A DNA stretch of 64,000 nucleotides. Origin: Candidatus Latescibacterota bacterium. GTDB taxonomy: Bacteria > Latescibacterota > UBA2968. Where the stretch lies: assembly GCA_965208125.1 (NCBI GenBank), contig OZ242320.1, forward strand, positions 3,008,001-3,072,000, given 5' to 3'. Position numbers and translations under genes: made by a program. Positions 8,922-20,029 of the stretch are shown one piece after another. Positions within the stretch are counted from its first letter, which is position 1. The number at the start of each line of letters is the position of its first letter. Under the pieces are notes generated by a model. That model did no database searches and had not been told where the DNA came from. It was given only the letters and a program-made list of their open reading frames with translations.

Positions 8922-9620
8922 TTATTTGGTTGGTAGCAACAGGTCGAGACATTCTGCCATGAGGATGTTGATGCGTTCAAATTTGTGTTGATCTGTCAGT
9001 ATTTCGTGAGGGGATTGAATATAGGGCGCATCGACGATTTCGTGGCCACAGTGATCGATTAATGCCCGGGCTGCGTTGGGCGTTGTTTCCAGATGGAATT
9101 GCAATGCGAGGATTTGATGATCGCCTACCGAGAATGCCTGATTTTTGCAGGCACGGCTTTTGGCGAGGTGAGTCGCGCCAGTGGGGAGGTCATAAGTGTC
9201 GCCATGCCAGTGAAAAACTTCGCCGGCATTGGAGAGTAGCTTTTCTATGGAACCGCTGGGCACCGTTCGCACGCCCTCAATGGGAAACCAGCCGATTTCT
9301 TTGTGGTCATTGGGATAGATCCTGGCACCGAGTACTTCGGCTATGAGTTGGGCACCCAGACAAACGCCCAGTACACGTGTACCGGTGTCCATAGCCTGTT
9401 TCAAAAACTTTTTTTCGCGCCCGAGCCAGGGGTAGTCGTGTTCGTCATAGACGCCCATAGGTCCCCCCATGACGACCAATAGGTCAATTTCATCGGCTGA
9501 TGGCAATGCCTCGCCGGCAAAGAGGCGCGTGCGTGAGATTTGAGCGCGACGCGCTTTTGCCCAGGAAGCAATGCTGCCGAGGCCCTCGAATGGCACATGC
9601 TGGAGATAATGCAGGTTCAT
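8922..9620 (-). CDS. Class I glutamine amidotransferase-like protein
   Basis: LQHVPFEG, VMGGPM, LGVCLGAQL, WHGD, QFHLE (Cys-His-Glu triad). Confidence 0.9.
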   Translation of the reverse strand: MNLHYLQHVPFEGLGSIASWAKARRAQISRTRLFAGEALPSADEIDLLVVMGGPMGVYDEHDYPWLGREKKFLKQAMDTGTRVLGVCLGAQLIAEVLGARIYPNDHKEIGWFPIEGVRTVPSGSIEKLLSNAGEVFHWHGDTYDLPTGATHLAKSRACKNQAFSVGDHQILALQFHLETTPNAARALIDHCGHEIVDAPYIQSPHEILTDQHKFERINILMAECLDLLLPTK

Positions 9621-9624
9621 GATT

Positions 9625-10623
9625 TCAAGAAATGTCAACGGGTTGTTGTGTTCTCATGGACTCGTAGATGGCGTCCATTGTTTTCATATTGCCGATGCTG
9701 TTTTCGGGCGGGATGCGGTGCGGTTGCCCGGTGTCGAGGCAATCGCACAGATGGTGGAGTTGGTTCAGGAATTGAAAGACAGGTTCAAATTCATGGGTTT
9801 CAATGCCATCGCGGGTGCGGACCTCAAGGGTCGTGGGCCGGTTTTCGTTATTCCAGGCGAGTTCTGTTCGCAACATGCCATCGGTGCCTGAGATTTCAAA
9901 ATATTGTGAGGAGGACATTTTGAAGCTAAAGGTGAGTTGAGCTGTGACATGATTGGGAAATTCATAGATGGCTATAATTGTTTCATCTACTTCTCGACCA
10001 AATTCTCCCGTGGCATAGACGCGGATGGGGTCGGCGTTGGCTATGAAGCGGGCATGATGGGTGTTGTAACACCCCAGGTCATAGACTGCGCCACCGCCTT
10101 TTTCTTTGTTGAATCGCCAGTTGAGTTCGGGTTTTCGGCGGTCGTCTGAAACACCGGTGCAAAAGGTGCTGCGAATGTTGCCCAGCGTTCCGATTTTTCC
10201 ACTGTCGAGAATTTCTTTGGTTTTGAGATGTAAGGGGTGATGGCGAAATTTGAAGGCTTCGGCGAGGAGGATATTGTTGGCTTTGGCACAGGCGACCATT
10301 TCTCGGCATTCTGCAGCGGTTTGTGTGATGGGTTTTTCGCAGAGGATGGCGCGGACTTTTTGCGATTTTGCAATTTGATTGCTCAGGCTGGCGTGAAAGC
10401 GCCCCCATGTGCAGATGATGGCGATGTCGAGGTTTTCATTGTCGAGCATCAGGTCGAGATCGGTATAACCTTTTCGGACGTCAAATTCACCGCGGTATCT
10501 CTCAACTGCTTCGGGTAAGACATCGCAGACTGCAACGATTTCTGCGCGGTCAGATTGTGCTGCAGCCCGACCATGAGCACGCGAGATACCGCCAGCACCA
10601 ACAATTCCAATGCGATAAGACAT
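9625..10623 (-). CDS. Gfo/Idh/MocA oxidoreductase
   Basis: IGIVGAGGIS, LCEKP, GGGAVYDLGCY. Confidence 0.92.
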   Translation of the reverse strand: MSYRIGIVGAGGISRAHGRAAAQSDRAEIVAVCDVLPEAVERYRGEFDVRKGYTDLDLMLDNENLDIAIICTWGRFHASLSNQIAKSQKVRAILCEKPITQTAAECREMVACAKANNILLAEAFKFRHHPLHLKTKEILDSGKIGTLGNIRSTFCTGVSDDRRKPELNWRFNKEKGGGAVYDLGCYNTHHARFIANADPIRVYATGEFGREVDETIIAIYEFPNHVTAQLTFSFKMSSSQYFEISGTDGMLRTELAWNNENRPTTLEVRTRDGIETHEFEPVFQFLNQLHHLCDCLDTGQPHRIPPENSIGNMKTMDAIYESMRTQQPVDIS

Positions 10624-10649
10624 GTAAAACTCCTGAAAAATAAAAACCC

Positions 10650-11264
10650 TCAGGCCAGTGCATCCAAGATATGTCGCGCAACAGATTCAGCCAGTATGAC
10701 AGAGCCTTCTTTTGAAAAATGTACGTTGGCGGGGAGTTGTATATCGTCAAGGCGTTCTATAGCATATCCATAGAGGTCATGTGTGGGAATGCCTTGTGCT
10801 TCCATGACTTTTTGTGCGATGGCGTTGTATTCAATTTCGTCGCCGGGTTTGCGGATGGACGCGCCTTCGGGAACTGGTGTGGTGGCACACCAGATCAATT
10901 TGGCACCGGTTTGTTTGAGGCGTTTGACCAGGGTGTCGAGGTTTTGTTCGTATTGGTCGGCAGGCACCTGATGTTGGCCCTGCGGTGGATCGACGCGCTC
11001 ACCCTGTTCTGTCATATAGACGATGTCGTGTAAGCCCCAGTTGAAGTGGATGACATCCCAGGAACCGTCACCGAGCCAGTTTTCGATTTCCTCTACGCCG
11101 CGTTTTGTCGGTCCGCAGTTGGTGAGCGGGCGGTGGAGATTGGCTTTGCCTTTGAGCAGTTCGCGCACGGGCACGGTATAGCCAATGGAGATGGAGTCCC
11201 CAATGATCAGTACGCGGGGAAGGCCGGGGTCGTCCTGGATGGGTTCAAATGCTGGATTATTCAC
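10650..11264 (-). CDS. SGNH/GDSL hydrolase
   Basis: IGDSIS, FNWGLHD, NVHF. Confidence 0.9.
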   Translation of the reverse strand: MNNPAFEPIQDDPGLPRVLIIGDSISIGYTVPVRELLKGKANLHRPLTNCGPTKRGVEEIENWLGDGSWDVIHFNWGLHDIVYMTEQGERVDPPQGQHQVPADQYEQNLDTLVKRLKQTGAKLIWCATTPVPEGASIRKPGDEIEYNAIAQKVMEAQGIPTHDLYGYAIERLDDIQLPANVHFSKEGSVILAESVARHILDALA

Positions 11265-11286
11265 ATGGTTCTCCTTTTTATGGGGC

Positions 11287-12945
11287 TTATGCGTTGTGCC
11301 ATGCGTCTTCCCAGGGCGTGCCTTCGAGCGATTCTGCGGCGATATCCTGAGGGCTGCGTTTGAGCACTTGTTCTTTATATTTTTTGATGCTCAATTTGTC
11401 GGGTGATAAGGAGGTTTCTTTGCTGATGGCGCGGGTAAAGGCTTCGGCAAAGGTTTCGATGCTGTCTTTTTCATCTTCGGGCAAGCGTTTGGGCCAGGGG
11501 CCGTCGTTGAGGTTGACCGTGCGGCATTCTTCTTCTGTGGGAATGCGGACCGGGCCGGGATATGAGCGTAGTCTATCGCCGTCAAGCGAATCACTCAGGC
11601 CGTGCTGTAGTTCCCAGGCGATGATTTGATCGCGAAATTTTGCCGCCAGTGCGGGGTGTTCGGCGATGAGGTTGTGCTGTTCGTGTGGATCATTTTCAAG
11701 GTCGTAGAGTTCTTCGATTCCGCCGTGGGCAAAGAAGGCGTATTTGTGTTTCTGGTTGCGTGCTGAAATCCAGCGTCCTTTGCCCTTGCCGTAGTCTATA
11801 ATCGCGGCTTCTCGAGGCTGGGATAGACCTCCACCTGTTGCGCCCAGGAGGTTTGACCCTGACAATGGGCCGTGTTTTTCCGGGTACTGAAGGTCGAGTT
11901 CTTCTATGAGGGTGGGAAAGAAGTCGAGCAGGCTGACGAGGGCATCACATTGTTGCCCCGCCTGTGTTTTGCCGGGCCAGCGGAGGAGATATGGAATGCG
12001 CACGGAGGATTCATAAGGGCAGTTTTTTTGCGAAAGGCCGTGTTCGCCCATCATTTCACCGTGGTCTGAGACAAAGAGGACAACAGTGTTATCGGATAGG
12101 CCGAGGGTTTCGAGTTCATTCAAAATGCGACCGATGCCGTCGTCAACATGAGAGATGAGGCCATAGTAAAGGGCACGCAGGCGGCGCAGGCGGTCGGGAT
12201 CGCGATGGGCACCATCCAGACGTCCGCGGCTGCCGTAAAAATTGGGTGGCAGGGTTTCGATAGGGCGGTCGGCAAAGGGCGGAAGTTCCATGTCGGCGGG
12301 GTCGTACATGTCGTCGTACGGTTCACAGGGCGCAAAGGGCGGGTGCGGCGATATCCAGGAACTCCATAAAAAAAAGGGTTGATTGGTGCGGTAGCGCATA
12401 TGTTCTCGGAGAAAGTCAATGGACCGGTCGGCGACCCAGGTATTTTTGTGGTGTTCAACAGATATGCCACAGGTTTGGGGCTGGAAGAAGAGCAGATCGC
12501 GGATGCCTTTGGGAAAACGGGTGCGAACGCCGTTTTCTCGCAGATAGCGGAGGTAGTCGTCATTGACCCGGTGATCGATACATTCTTCCATGGTGAGGAG
12601 GTTTCGGAAGCCGTAGTGCCGACCGTGAAAGTGCATTTTTCCAATGCCCTGCGTCCAGTACCTGGCGCGCAAAAGAAGCGTCATGATGGTGGGAAGTTCG
12701 GGTAAGGGACCAGGTAGCGCACTGTTGTCTGTCCAGTGGTGTCGGGACATTCTGTGTCCCGTGATGAAACTCATGCGCGCGGCAACGCAGACGGGGGTGG
12801 GCGTGACGGCCTGTGTAAAGCGTACACCGGAATTGGCGAGCGCGTCGAGGTTGGGCGTGCGGATCGTTGTATTTCCAGCGCAGCCCAGGGCATCTGCGCG
12901 CTGCTGGTCGGTCATAAGGACGAGAATATTGGGGCGATCAGACAT
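11287..12945 (-). CDS. Sulfatase (Cys-type, no signal peptide)
   Basis: Starts [16 protein letters not shown]; CVAAR, GKMH, SDHGEM. Confidence 0.92.
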   Translation of the reverse strand: MSDRPNILVLMTDQQRADALGCAGNTTIRTPNLDALANSGVRFTQAVTPTPVCVAARMSFITGHRMSRHHWTDNSALPGPLPELPTIMTLLLRARYWTQGIGKMHFHGRHYGFRNLLTMEECIDHRVNDDYLRYLRENGVRTRFPKGIRDLLFFQPQTCGISVEHHKNTWVADRSIDFLREHMRYRTNQPFFLWSSWISPHPPFAPCEPYDDMYDPADMELPPFADRPIETLPPNFYGSRGRLDGAHRDPDRLRRLRALYYGLISHVDDGIGRILNELETLGLSDNTVVLFVSDHGEMMGEHGLSQKNCPYESSVRIPYLLRWPGKTQAGQQCDALVSLLDFFPTLIEELDLQYPEKHGPLSGSNLLGATGGGLSQPREAAIIDYGKGKGRWISARNQKHKYAFFAHGGIEELYDLENDPHEQHNLIAEHPALAAKFRDQIIAWELQHGLSDSLDGDRLRSYPGPVRIPTEEECRTVNLNDGPWPKRLPEDEKDSIETFAEAFTRAISKETSLSPDKLSIKKYKEQVLKRSPQDIAAESLEGTPWEDAWHNA

Positions 12946-12956
12946 GGTGTTTGATA

Positions 12957-14453
<1,497 letters not shown>

Positions 14454-14511
14454 CTATAGTAAAGTCGAGAAAGTCGATGAGGATTATTTTCCCCTTTAGA
14501 TTATAGAATAC

Positions 14512-14546
14512 AAAAATCCCCTTGACGCAGACACATCAAGGGGATT
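14512..14546 (-). terminator. Attenuator-type intrinsic terminator in the guaB leader
   Basis: 11-bp perfect stem aatccccttga/tcaaggggatt (14515-14525 / 14536-14546) followed by a T-run on the - strand. Confidence 0.8.
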
Positions 14547-14644
14547 CAAGCGGCAGGCACAGTTACACACGCCGCTCCGAGGCCTGGCGGAGGTGTAAAC
14601 CGCCGTTTTTTTCGGCAACAATAAGTGTAAAGCCTCTGGTACAT
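14546..14644 (-). CDS. Putative 32-aa leader peptide MYQRLYTYCCRKKRRFTPPPGLGAACVTVPAA
   Basis: GGAG RBS 6 nt before ATG; lies between the promoter and the terminator; stop codon overlaps the first base of the terminator stem. Confidence 0.55.
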   Translation of the reverse strand: MYQRLYTYCCRKKRRFTPPPGLGAACVTVPAA

Positions 14645-14675
14645 GATCTTCTCCAAATCGCAATTAGATTTGCCA

Positions 14676-14704
14676 AATATACCGCTTCTCTTTTGTTCTG
14701 TCAA
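14676..14704 (-). promoter_or_regulatory. Sigma70 promoter for the leader and guaB
   Basis: TTGACA-17 nt-TATATT on the - strand. Confidence 0.75.
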
Positions 14705-14943
14705 TATGTGTGAAATAGATTTTGTTCACAGGGGTCTCTGGAAAAGGGGTTGACACCGATCTTAACTGCTTATATTTTTTATTTTTATTCACACGAACTT
14801 CCAATGTTGTTGTCGGTTGATTAGCTGTTTTAAATTTTTAAGACCGGGATAATTAACATTCCTCATAACGCATTGTTGTAGAGTTGGATATACCGGGAAC
14901 TCTACTGATTTGTATTTCGTTATAATCTAAAGCAGATTTTGGC

Positions 14944-14972
14944 TTGACAGGGTTTTTTTCATTCATTAGATT
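14944..14972 (+). promoter_or_regulatory. Sigma70 promoter for the TPR-exb-tonB operon
   Basis: TTGACA-17 nt-TAGATT. Confidence 0.6.
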
Positions 14973-15107
14973 CTTCAGCCCTGCTACCTGTAATTGCATT
15001 ATTTTTTAGGAGTGAGTTATATATTGTTATTAGCAGGGAAGCGGCTTGTCTAAACTATGTGTCGTTTCCTCCAAATTTTTATTCACAATATTATGGAGAC
15101 TGGAGCC

Positions 15108-16430
15108 ATGATTTTGGATTTGAAATTCCGATCTGGTTTTTTGGTTTTGCTGTGTGGGTTTTTTGTTTTGAGTACAGCGTCATTTTGTTTTGCCGAAGAA
15201 GGCGAGACCGAGATGACACAGGCGGATTCTATCAAGAGGGCCAGCCAACATTTGGGTTGGGGTGCTCGGTATCTTAATAGTGGGCAATATGAAGACGCCG
15301 AAACACAGTTGCTCAAATCATGGGGGTTTAATCCCAAAAGAGCAGCAACGGCTCGACGCCTGGGCAAATTGTATAATGAAACAGAAAAATATGGGGACGC
15401 TATTCGATGGTATCAAAAAGCCATTGAGATTGACCCTATGACCAAGTACACCAGAGGAGTACACAAGATATTGAGCAGTATCTATGAAATACAGGAGCAG
15501 CCTGAAAAAGCCATTGGAAGTTATGAAGCATTGCTGGCATTAGACCTCGAGTTAGAAAAAATAATTAAAGAAGCGTTGTTGGCCCCCGAGTCAGAGAAAA
15601 AAATTAAAGAAGCGTTGTTGGCATTTGATCTCAAGTCAAAGGACATGAATAAACTCGAAGAGGAAAAGAATAAACTCGCGGAGGAAAGAATTCCAACTTA
15701 CCATAAGCTGGTCAGTTTGAATGTTGAAACTGAAGACTATGAGATGGCATTGGATTATGCCAAAAAGTGGGGTGAATTGGCTCCTGATGATCCCGAAGTG
15801 CGGGATATGATTGGTAAATTACATCTACAAACGGGCGGCGAGGACGAAGCTCTGGCCGAAATGGAGAAAGTGCTGGAGTTAAACCCCGATGATTATGCTA
15901 CGCTGGAAAAATTGGCGGGTATGTATGATCGAAGAGGCGATGATGATAAAGCCTTTAATGCCTTTGAAAAATTATATCAAAATGATGATTCGAGTGTTTT
16001 CTTTTTGGAAGAGACCATTAAATTGGGCAAGAGGATAGGAAAATCCAAAAGCTGGATCGTTAGTCGGCTTGAAAAATTACATGCCCTGCGGCCCGACAAT
16101 TTAGGCGTGATCGAAGAATTGGCCGAGTTGACCGGAAGCCTCAAGTGGGTCAATAAAGGACTTAAACAAGATTCACAAAATGGTAGGTATCCCTATATGA
16201 TGGGGGATCATTATTTTAGCAGGTGGGAAAATTCAAGTGGAAAACAGGATTCGATCAATGCCTTGAGATGGTACAAAAGGGCGTTGATAGATCCGATGTG
16301 GAAAGGCAATGCCACTGCAATGATCCTGACACTTGATCCTCCCCTGACCGAAGAAGAAAAGAAGCGTCGAGAATTTTTTGAAGGTAGTAAAAAGAAAAAG
16401 GAGGAGGTGGAAACAGAAGGTAAGAAGTAA
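15108..16430 (+). CDS. Exported tetratricopeptide-repeat protein
   Basis: Signal peptide; TPR helices (AIRWYQKAIEIDP, MEKVLELNPDD); internal tandem duplications; ORF track start 15057. Confidence 0.85.
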   Translation: MILDLKFRSGFLVLLCGFFVLSTASFCFAEEGETEMTQADSIKRASQHLGWGARYLNSGQYEDAETQLLKSWGFNPKRAATARRLGKLYNETEKYGDAIRWYQKAIEIDPMTKYTRGVHKILSSIYEIQEQPEKAIGSYEALLALDLELEKIIKEALLAPESEKKIKEALLAFDLKSKDMNKLEEEKNKLAEERIPTYHKLVSLNVETEDYEMALDYAKKWGELAPDDPEVRDMIGKLHLQTGGEDEALAEMEKVLELNPDDYATLEKLAGMYDRRGDDDKAFNAFEKLYQNDDSSVFFLEETIKLGKRIGKSKSWIVSRLEKLHALRPDNLGVIEELAELTGSLKWVNKGLKQDSQNGRYPYMMGDHYFSRWENSSGKQDSINALRWYKRALIDPMWKGNATAMILTLDPPLTEEEKKRREFFEGSKKKKEEVETEGKK

Positions 16431-16491
16431 AAGGCTTTTGTGTTGTTAATCCATTTTTCGCAATTCATAACCTAACTTCGGGAGATGTGGC

Positions 16492-17112
16492 ATGGTTGAT
16501 CTTTTTATTAAAGGCGGAAACTTTATGTATCCGTTGCTGGTGATGTTGTTCTTTGGTGTTGTGGTGATGATTGAGCGCTTTTACACGCTTTTTAAGGCAC
16601 ATATCAATGCCAAAGAGTTTATGGTAGAGCTTCAGGATGCCCTCAAGCAAAATGGGCCAGAAGGTGCTGCCGAGTTGTGTTCCAATACGCGCGGCCCAGT
16701 CGCCACGGTGCTGCATGCAGGGCTGTTGCGTTTAGACCGCGGTATTGAGCATGTGGAGAAATCGATTGAGGAATCCGGTGCTATCGAAATGGCTTTTCTC
16801 GAGCGTGGTCTCGTGTGGCTTTCCACTGTTGCAAACCTGGCACCTCTTGTCGGTTTCCTGGGCACTGTGTCGGGTATGATCCGAGCTTTTAACGATATTG
16901 CCGCTGCTGGCGATGTTGATCCCAGTGTTGTGGCTGGCGGTATTTCTGAAGCTTTGATTACAACGGCTTCGGGCCTGGTGGTTGCTATTCCAGTGCAGGC
17001 TGCATACAATTTCTTCCTGTCAAAAATTGACAAGATCATCATCGATCTTCAGGAAAGTTCCAATCAATTTGTCGATGACCTGATTCAATTGGGCTACGGC
17101 AAGGAGGAATAA
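16492..17112 (+). CDS. exbB: MotA/TolQ/ExbB proton channel
   Basis: APLVGFLGTVSGMIRAF, GISEALITTASGLVVAIP. Confidence 0.93.
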   Translation: MVDLFIKGGNFMYPLLVMLFFGVVVMIERFYTLFKAHINAKEFMVELQDALKQNGPEGAAELCSNTRGPVATVLHAGLLRLDRGIEHVEKSIEESGAIEMAFLERGLVWLSTVANLAPLVGFLGTVSGMIRAFNDIAAAGDVDPSVVAGGISEALITTASGLVVAIPVQAAYNFFLSKIDKIIIDLQESSNQFVDDLIQLGYGKEE

Positions 17113-17115
17113 AAC

Positions 17116-17520
17116 ATGGCCCTTCAGCGACGCGAAAAATCTTCACCTGAAATCCCCACCGGATCTATGGCAGATATCGTGTTTTTGTTGCTGGTGTTTT
17201 TCCTCGTGACAACCACGATGAACCAGGATAAGGGTATTGGTATGCACTTACCGCCGGCAGGCGAGTCCAAGAAAATCCAGAAGAAAAATATTTGCAACGT
17301 CTGGGTCAATGTCAATGGGGATATTCTCATCAATTTGGAACAAAGTGTACCGTTGAATATGCTTCGAGCAGATATTGAGCAGCGATTGGCGCAAAATGAG
17401 AAGCTGATCGTTTCATTAAAGGCCGACGAAGAAACGCCCTATGAGAAATTTATCGATGTGCTCGACGAGATTAAATTATCAGGGGCAGACAAAATTTCGC
17501 TCGCCTCGCCCAGTGAGTGA
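17116..17520 (+). CDS. exbD: ExbD/TolR protein
   Basis: SMADIVFLLLVFFLVTT, LKADEETPY. Confidence 0.92.
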   Translation: MALQRREKSSPEIPTGSMADIVFLLLVFFLVTTTMNQDKGIGMHLPPAGESKKIQKKNICNVWVNVNGDILINLEQSVPLNMLRADIEQRLAQNEKLIVSLKADEETPYEKFIDVLDEIKLSGADKISLASPSE

Positions 17521-17535
17521 GTTGAGGAGGTTTTC

Positions 17536-17943
17536 ATGAATTTTAAGAAAAAAGGTGGTGTCTCACACAGCATCCCAACCGGGTCTATGGCCGACATTAC
17601 TTTTTTGCTGCTCATTTTCTTTATGGTCTCTACGGTTTTTGTGCGCTACCGCGTGACGGGTATTATTATGCCCAAAGCCGAAAAAATTGAAGAGCTCAAG
17701 AAACGTCGTCACATCAACTATTTATGGGTTTCTGCTGATCGCAAGATATATATTGACGACAAGTTGGCGAATCTCGACCAGGTAGCCGGGATTTTTTATG
17801 ATCGCCGCGTCAAAGATCCCCGTATGGTTGTGTCACTCAAATGTGACTATCGCGCGCCTTATGGGTTGATCAGCAGAGTGATGGAAGAATTGCGCGAGGC
17901 CGATGCGTTGCGCATCAACTTTGCGACTAACCGAGAGGGGTAA
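17536..17943 (+). CDS. exbD: ExbD/TolR protein (second copy)
   Basis: SMADITFLLLIFFMVST, LKCDYRAPYG. Confidence 0.92.
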   Translation: MNFKKKGGVSHSIPTGSMADITFLLLIFFMVSTVFVRYRVTGIIMPKAEKIEELKKRRHINYLWVSADRKIYIDDKLANLDQVAGIFYDRRVKDPRMVVSLKCDYRAPYGLISRVMEELREADALRINFATNREG

Positions 17944-17946
17944 GCT

Positions 17947-18594
17947 ATGGCAATGATTCGGGGAAAAGCACCAGAAGCCGATTTGCGACGCACGTATAAT
18001 AAGGTCTTTGGATATTGTACGTTGATCACGTTTGTCCTGCATACCGCCGTGGCCGTGATTTTTCCAACTTTTGAAGCCTCTGCGAGTGATCGCAAGAAGA
18101 AACAGATCATTATTGAAAATGTAGATATTCCAGAAACCCAACAGATCAAGCGTCCGCCACCGCCGCCTCGACCGGCTGTGCCAATTGAGACAGAGAGCGA
18201 CGATGTGCCCGACGATGTGACTATTGAGAGTACAGATCTCGATTTTGACGATGCAATGGTCGATATGCCGCCGCCACCGCCGCCGGGTTCACAAGAGGAA
18301 GAAGAAGAGATCTTCGAGTTTTTCATGGTTGAACAAAAACCAAAAGTTATAAAGCAGGTAAATCCTAAATATCCGGAAATCGCCCGCAAAGCCGGGTTGA
18401 CTGGCAAAGTGTTTTTGAAGTTTTTGGTTGATAAGAGTGGTCGGGTAAGCAATGTGACCGTTCTCAGAGGTCAAGAAATTTTCCGGCAAGCAGCAATTGA
18501 TGCCGTTTTGCAATTCAGGTTTGAACCAGCCCAACAAAATGACAAGCCGGTTTCTGTTTGGATGACACAGCCGATGTCTTTCCGTCTGAATTGA
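17947..18594 (+). CDS. tonB: Energy transducer TonB
   Basis: TM with His, Pro-rich linker, YPEIARKAGLTGKV...FEPAQQNDKPV. Confidence 0.93.
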   Translation: MAMIRGKAPEADLRRTYNKVFGYCTLITFVLHTAVAVIFPTFEASASDRKKKQIIIENVDIPETQQIKRPPPPPRPAVPIETESDDVPDDVTIESTDLDFDDAMVDMPPPPPPGSQEEEEEIFEFFMVEQKPKVIKQVNPKYPEIARKAGLTGKVFLKFLVDKSGRVSNVTVLRGQEIFRQAAIDAVLQFRFEPAQQNDKPVSVWMTQPMSFRLN

Positions 18595-18612
18595 GGTGGT
18601 AGTTTTATTATT

Positions 18613-18649
18613 AAAAGGCCATTGTGCAGGGCGTACAATGGCCTTTTTT
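18613..18649 (+). terminator. Intrinsic terminator
   Basis: aaaaggccattgt...acaatggcctttttt. Confidence 0.8.
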
Positions 18650-18757
18650 GTGTAAATATGTAAACAATACTTGACATATACGCCGAAATTTTACAATATA
18701 TATTGCCTAATCCGAATTTTAAGTCTATGTAAAGGTTCAAAATAGAGGAGATTTTCC

Positions 18758-19954
18758 ATGCATATGCGTTCCTTCTTTGCGATGCTTTCGTTGTCTGTGT
18801 TAGTGGTTGGTTCTGCCCTTGCACAGGGAGTAAGCCCCGAATCGGCTGAAAAGTATAATGCTGGACAGGAATTATTCAAGAAACGACAGTTTCAAAGAGC
18901 ACTCGTATCCTTTGAAGAGGCTGTAAAGCTCGATGCCAAAAACGCGCCGGCATATCGCGCGATGGGCACGACATATAAAAAGTTGCGCAATTACAAAAAG
19001 GCGATTGAAGCTTATCAAATGGCGACTTCAATTAAGTCTGATTACGCAGCCGCTTATTTTGAGATGGGCGAATTGCAATTTCAGACCAGAGACTATAAAG
19101 GTGCCCAGGCCAGCATACAAAAGGTGCTGGCGACGGATCCCAGCTTTGAAGCAGACAAAACGCGGGAGATATTGAAGAAAGCCTATCTTCAAGAGGGTAC
19201 CACGTTGTTCAAACGGCGCGATTTCAAGGGTGCAGCGGCTCAGTATGAAAGTGCTACGCAAGTCGATCCTTCGGATGCGACCGTATTTTTCAATTTGGGA
19301 TTGGCACATAGATATGCACGCAGTGTGAATGCCGCGCGCGAAGCATTTGAAACCGCCATTGAGTTGGATCCGAACTATGGCAAAGCTCATCGCAGTTTGG
19401 GCGATCTCTTCAGGGCGACGGGAAAAAATAGCAGTGCAGCAAGGGCGTACTTAAATGCGATTAAGGCTGACGCAAAAGATACGAGGTCTCGTCTGAATTT
19501 AGCAATAGTCTATCAGGCGATGAAGCAAAATAGCAAAGCAATTGCCGTGCTTACAAAAGCGGCACAGGTTGATCCCAAAGATGCAGATGTTCACACAGCA
19601 CTTGGCAAAGCCTACTCAGATGGCAGACAGTACACAAATGCTGTTGCTTCCTACAAAAGGGCACTGGGCATTAAGAATACAGCCGAGGCAAATTATCGGA
19701 TATCGGAGCCTTATTTTGGACTCAAGCAATATCAAAATGCCATCAGGCACGCCAATAGAGCTTTGTCTTCGTCTAAATGGAGAGTGCCCGCCAATGTCAT
19801 TCTGGGCGATTGTTATCGAGAGCTTGGTCAAAAAGAAAGAGCGATATCGCACTACAAAAAAGCGGTTGGGAATCGCCAATATAAGAAATACGCCGAAGAC
19901 CAGATTGATCGCATTCTCAATCCAATGGGCGGTGGAGAAGAAGAAGCACAGTAA
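18758..19954 (+). CDS. Exported multi-TPR protein
   Basis: Signal peptide (ALA-QG); about 9 TPR units. Confidence 0.9.
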   Translation: MHMRSFFAMLSLSVLVVGSALAQGVSPESAEKYNAGQELFKKRQFQRALVSFEEAVKLDAKNAPAYRAMGTTYKKLRNYKKAIEAYQMATSIKSDYAAAYFEMGELQFQTRDYKGAQASIQKVLATDPSFEADKTREILKKAYLQEGTTLFKRRDFKGAAAQYESATQVDPSDATVFFNLGLAHRYARSVNAAREAFETAIELDPNYGKAHRSLGDLFRATGKNSSAARAYLNAIKADAKDTRSRLNLAIVYQAMKQNSKAIAVLTKAAQVDPKDADVHTALGKAYSDGRQYTNAVASYKRALGIKNTAEANYRISEPYFGLKQYQNAIRHANRALSSSKWRVPANVILGDCYRELGQKERAISHYKKAVGNRQYKKYAEDQIDRILNPMGGGEEEAQ

Positions 19955-19981
19955 GCAGTGCAGTGCTTTGTGTTAAAAATG

Positions 19982-20010
19982 AAAAGGGACTCTTTTGAGT
20001 CCCTTTTTTT
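19982..20010 (+). terminator. Intrinsic terminator
   Basis: aaaagggactc-tttt-gagtcccttttttt. Confidence 0.8.
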
Positions 20011-20029
20011 GTAGGAGAATCCTCTTTTT

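Noticed and set aside
14546-14660. guaB leader as SRP RNA, 6S RNA, or a purine, ZTP or ykkC riboswitch
   Set aside because: ccgccaggcc resembles SRP but the GGAA loop and AGCAG are missing. The hallmark riboswitch consensus segments were not found by eye. A cmscan is still needed.
14522-14713. 63-aa + strand ORF
   Set aside because: It has a TTG start inside the terminator and no RBS, and is antisense to the better-supported leader.
16492-18594. Tol-Pal or gliding-motor assignment
   Set aside because: There are no tolB/pal or glt genes. The TonB C-terminal domain favours a Ton system.
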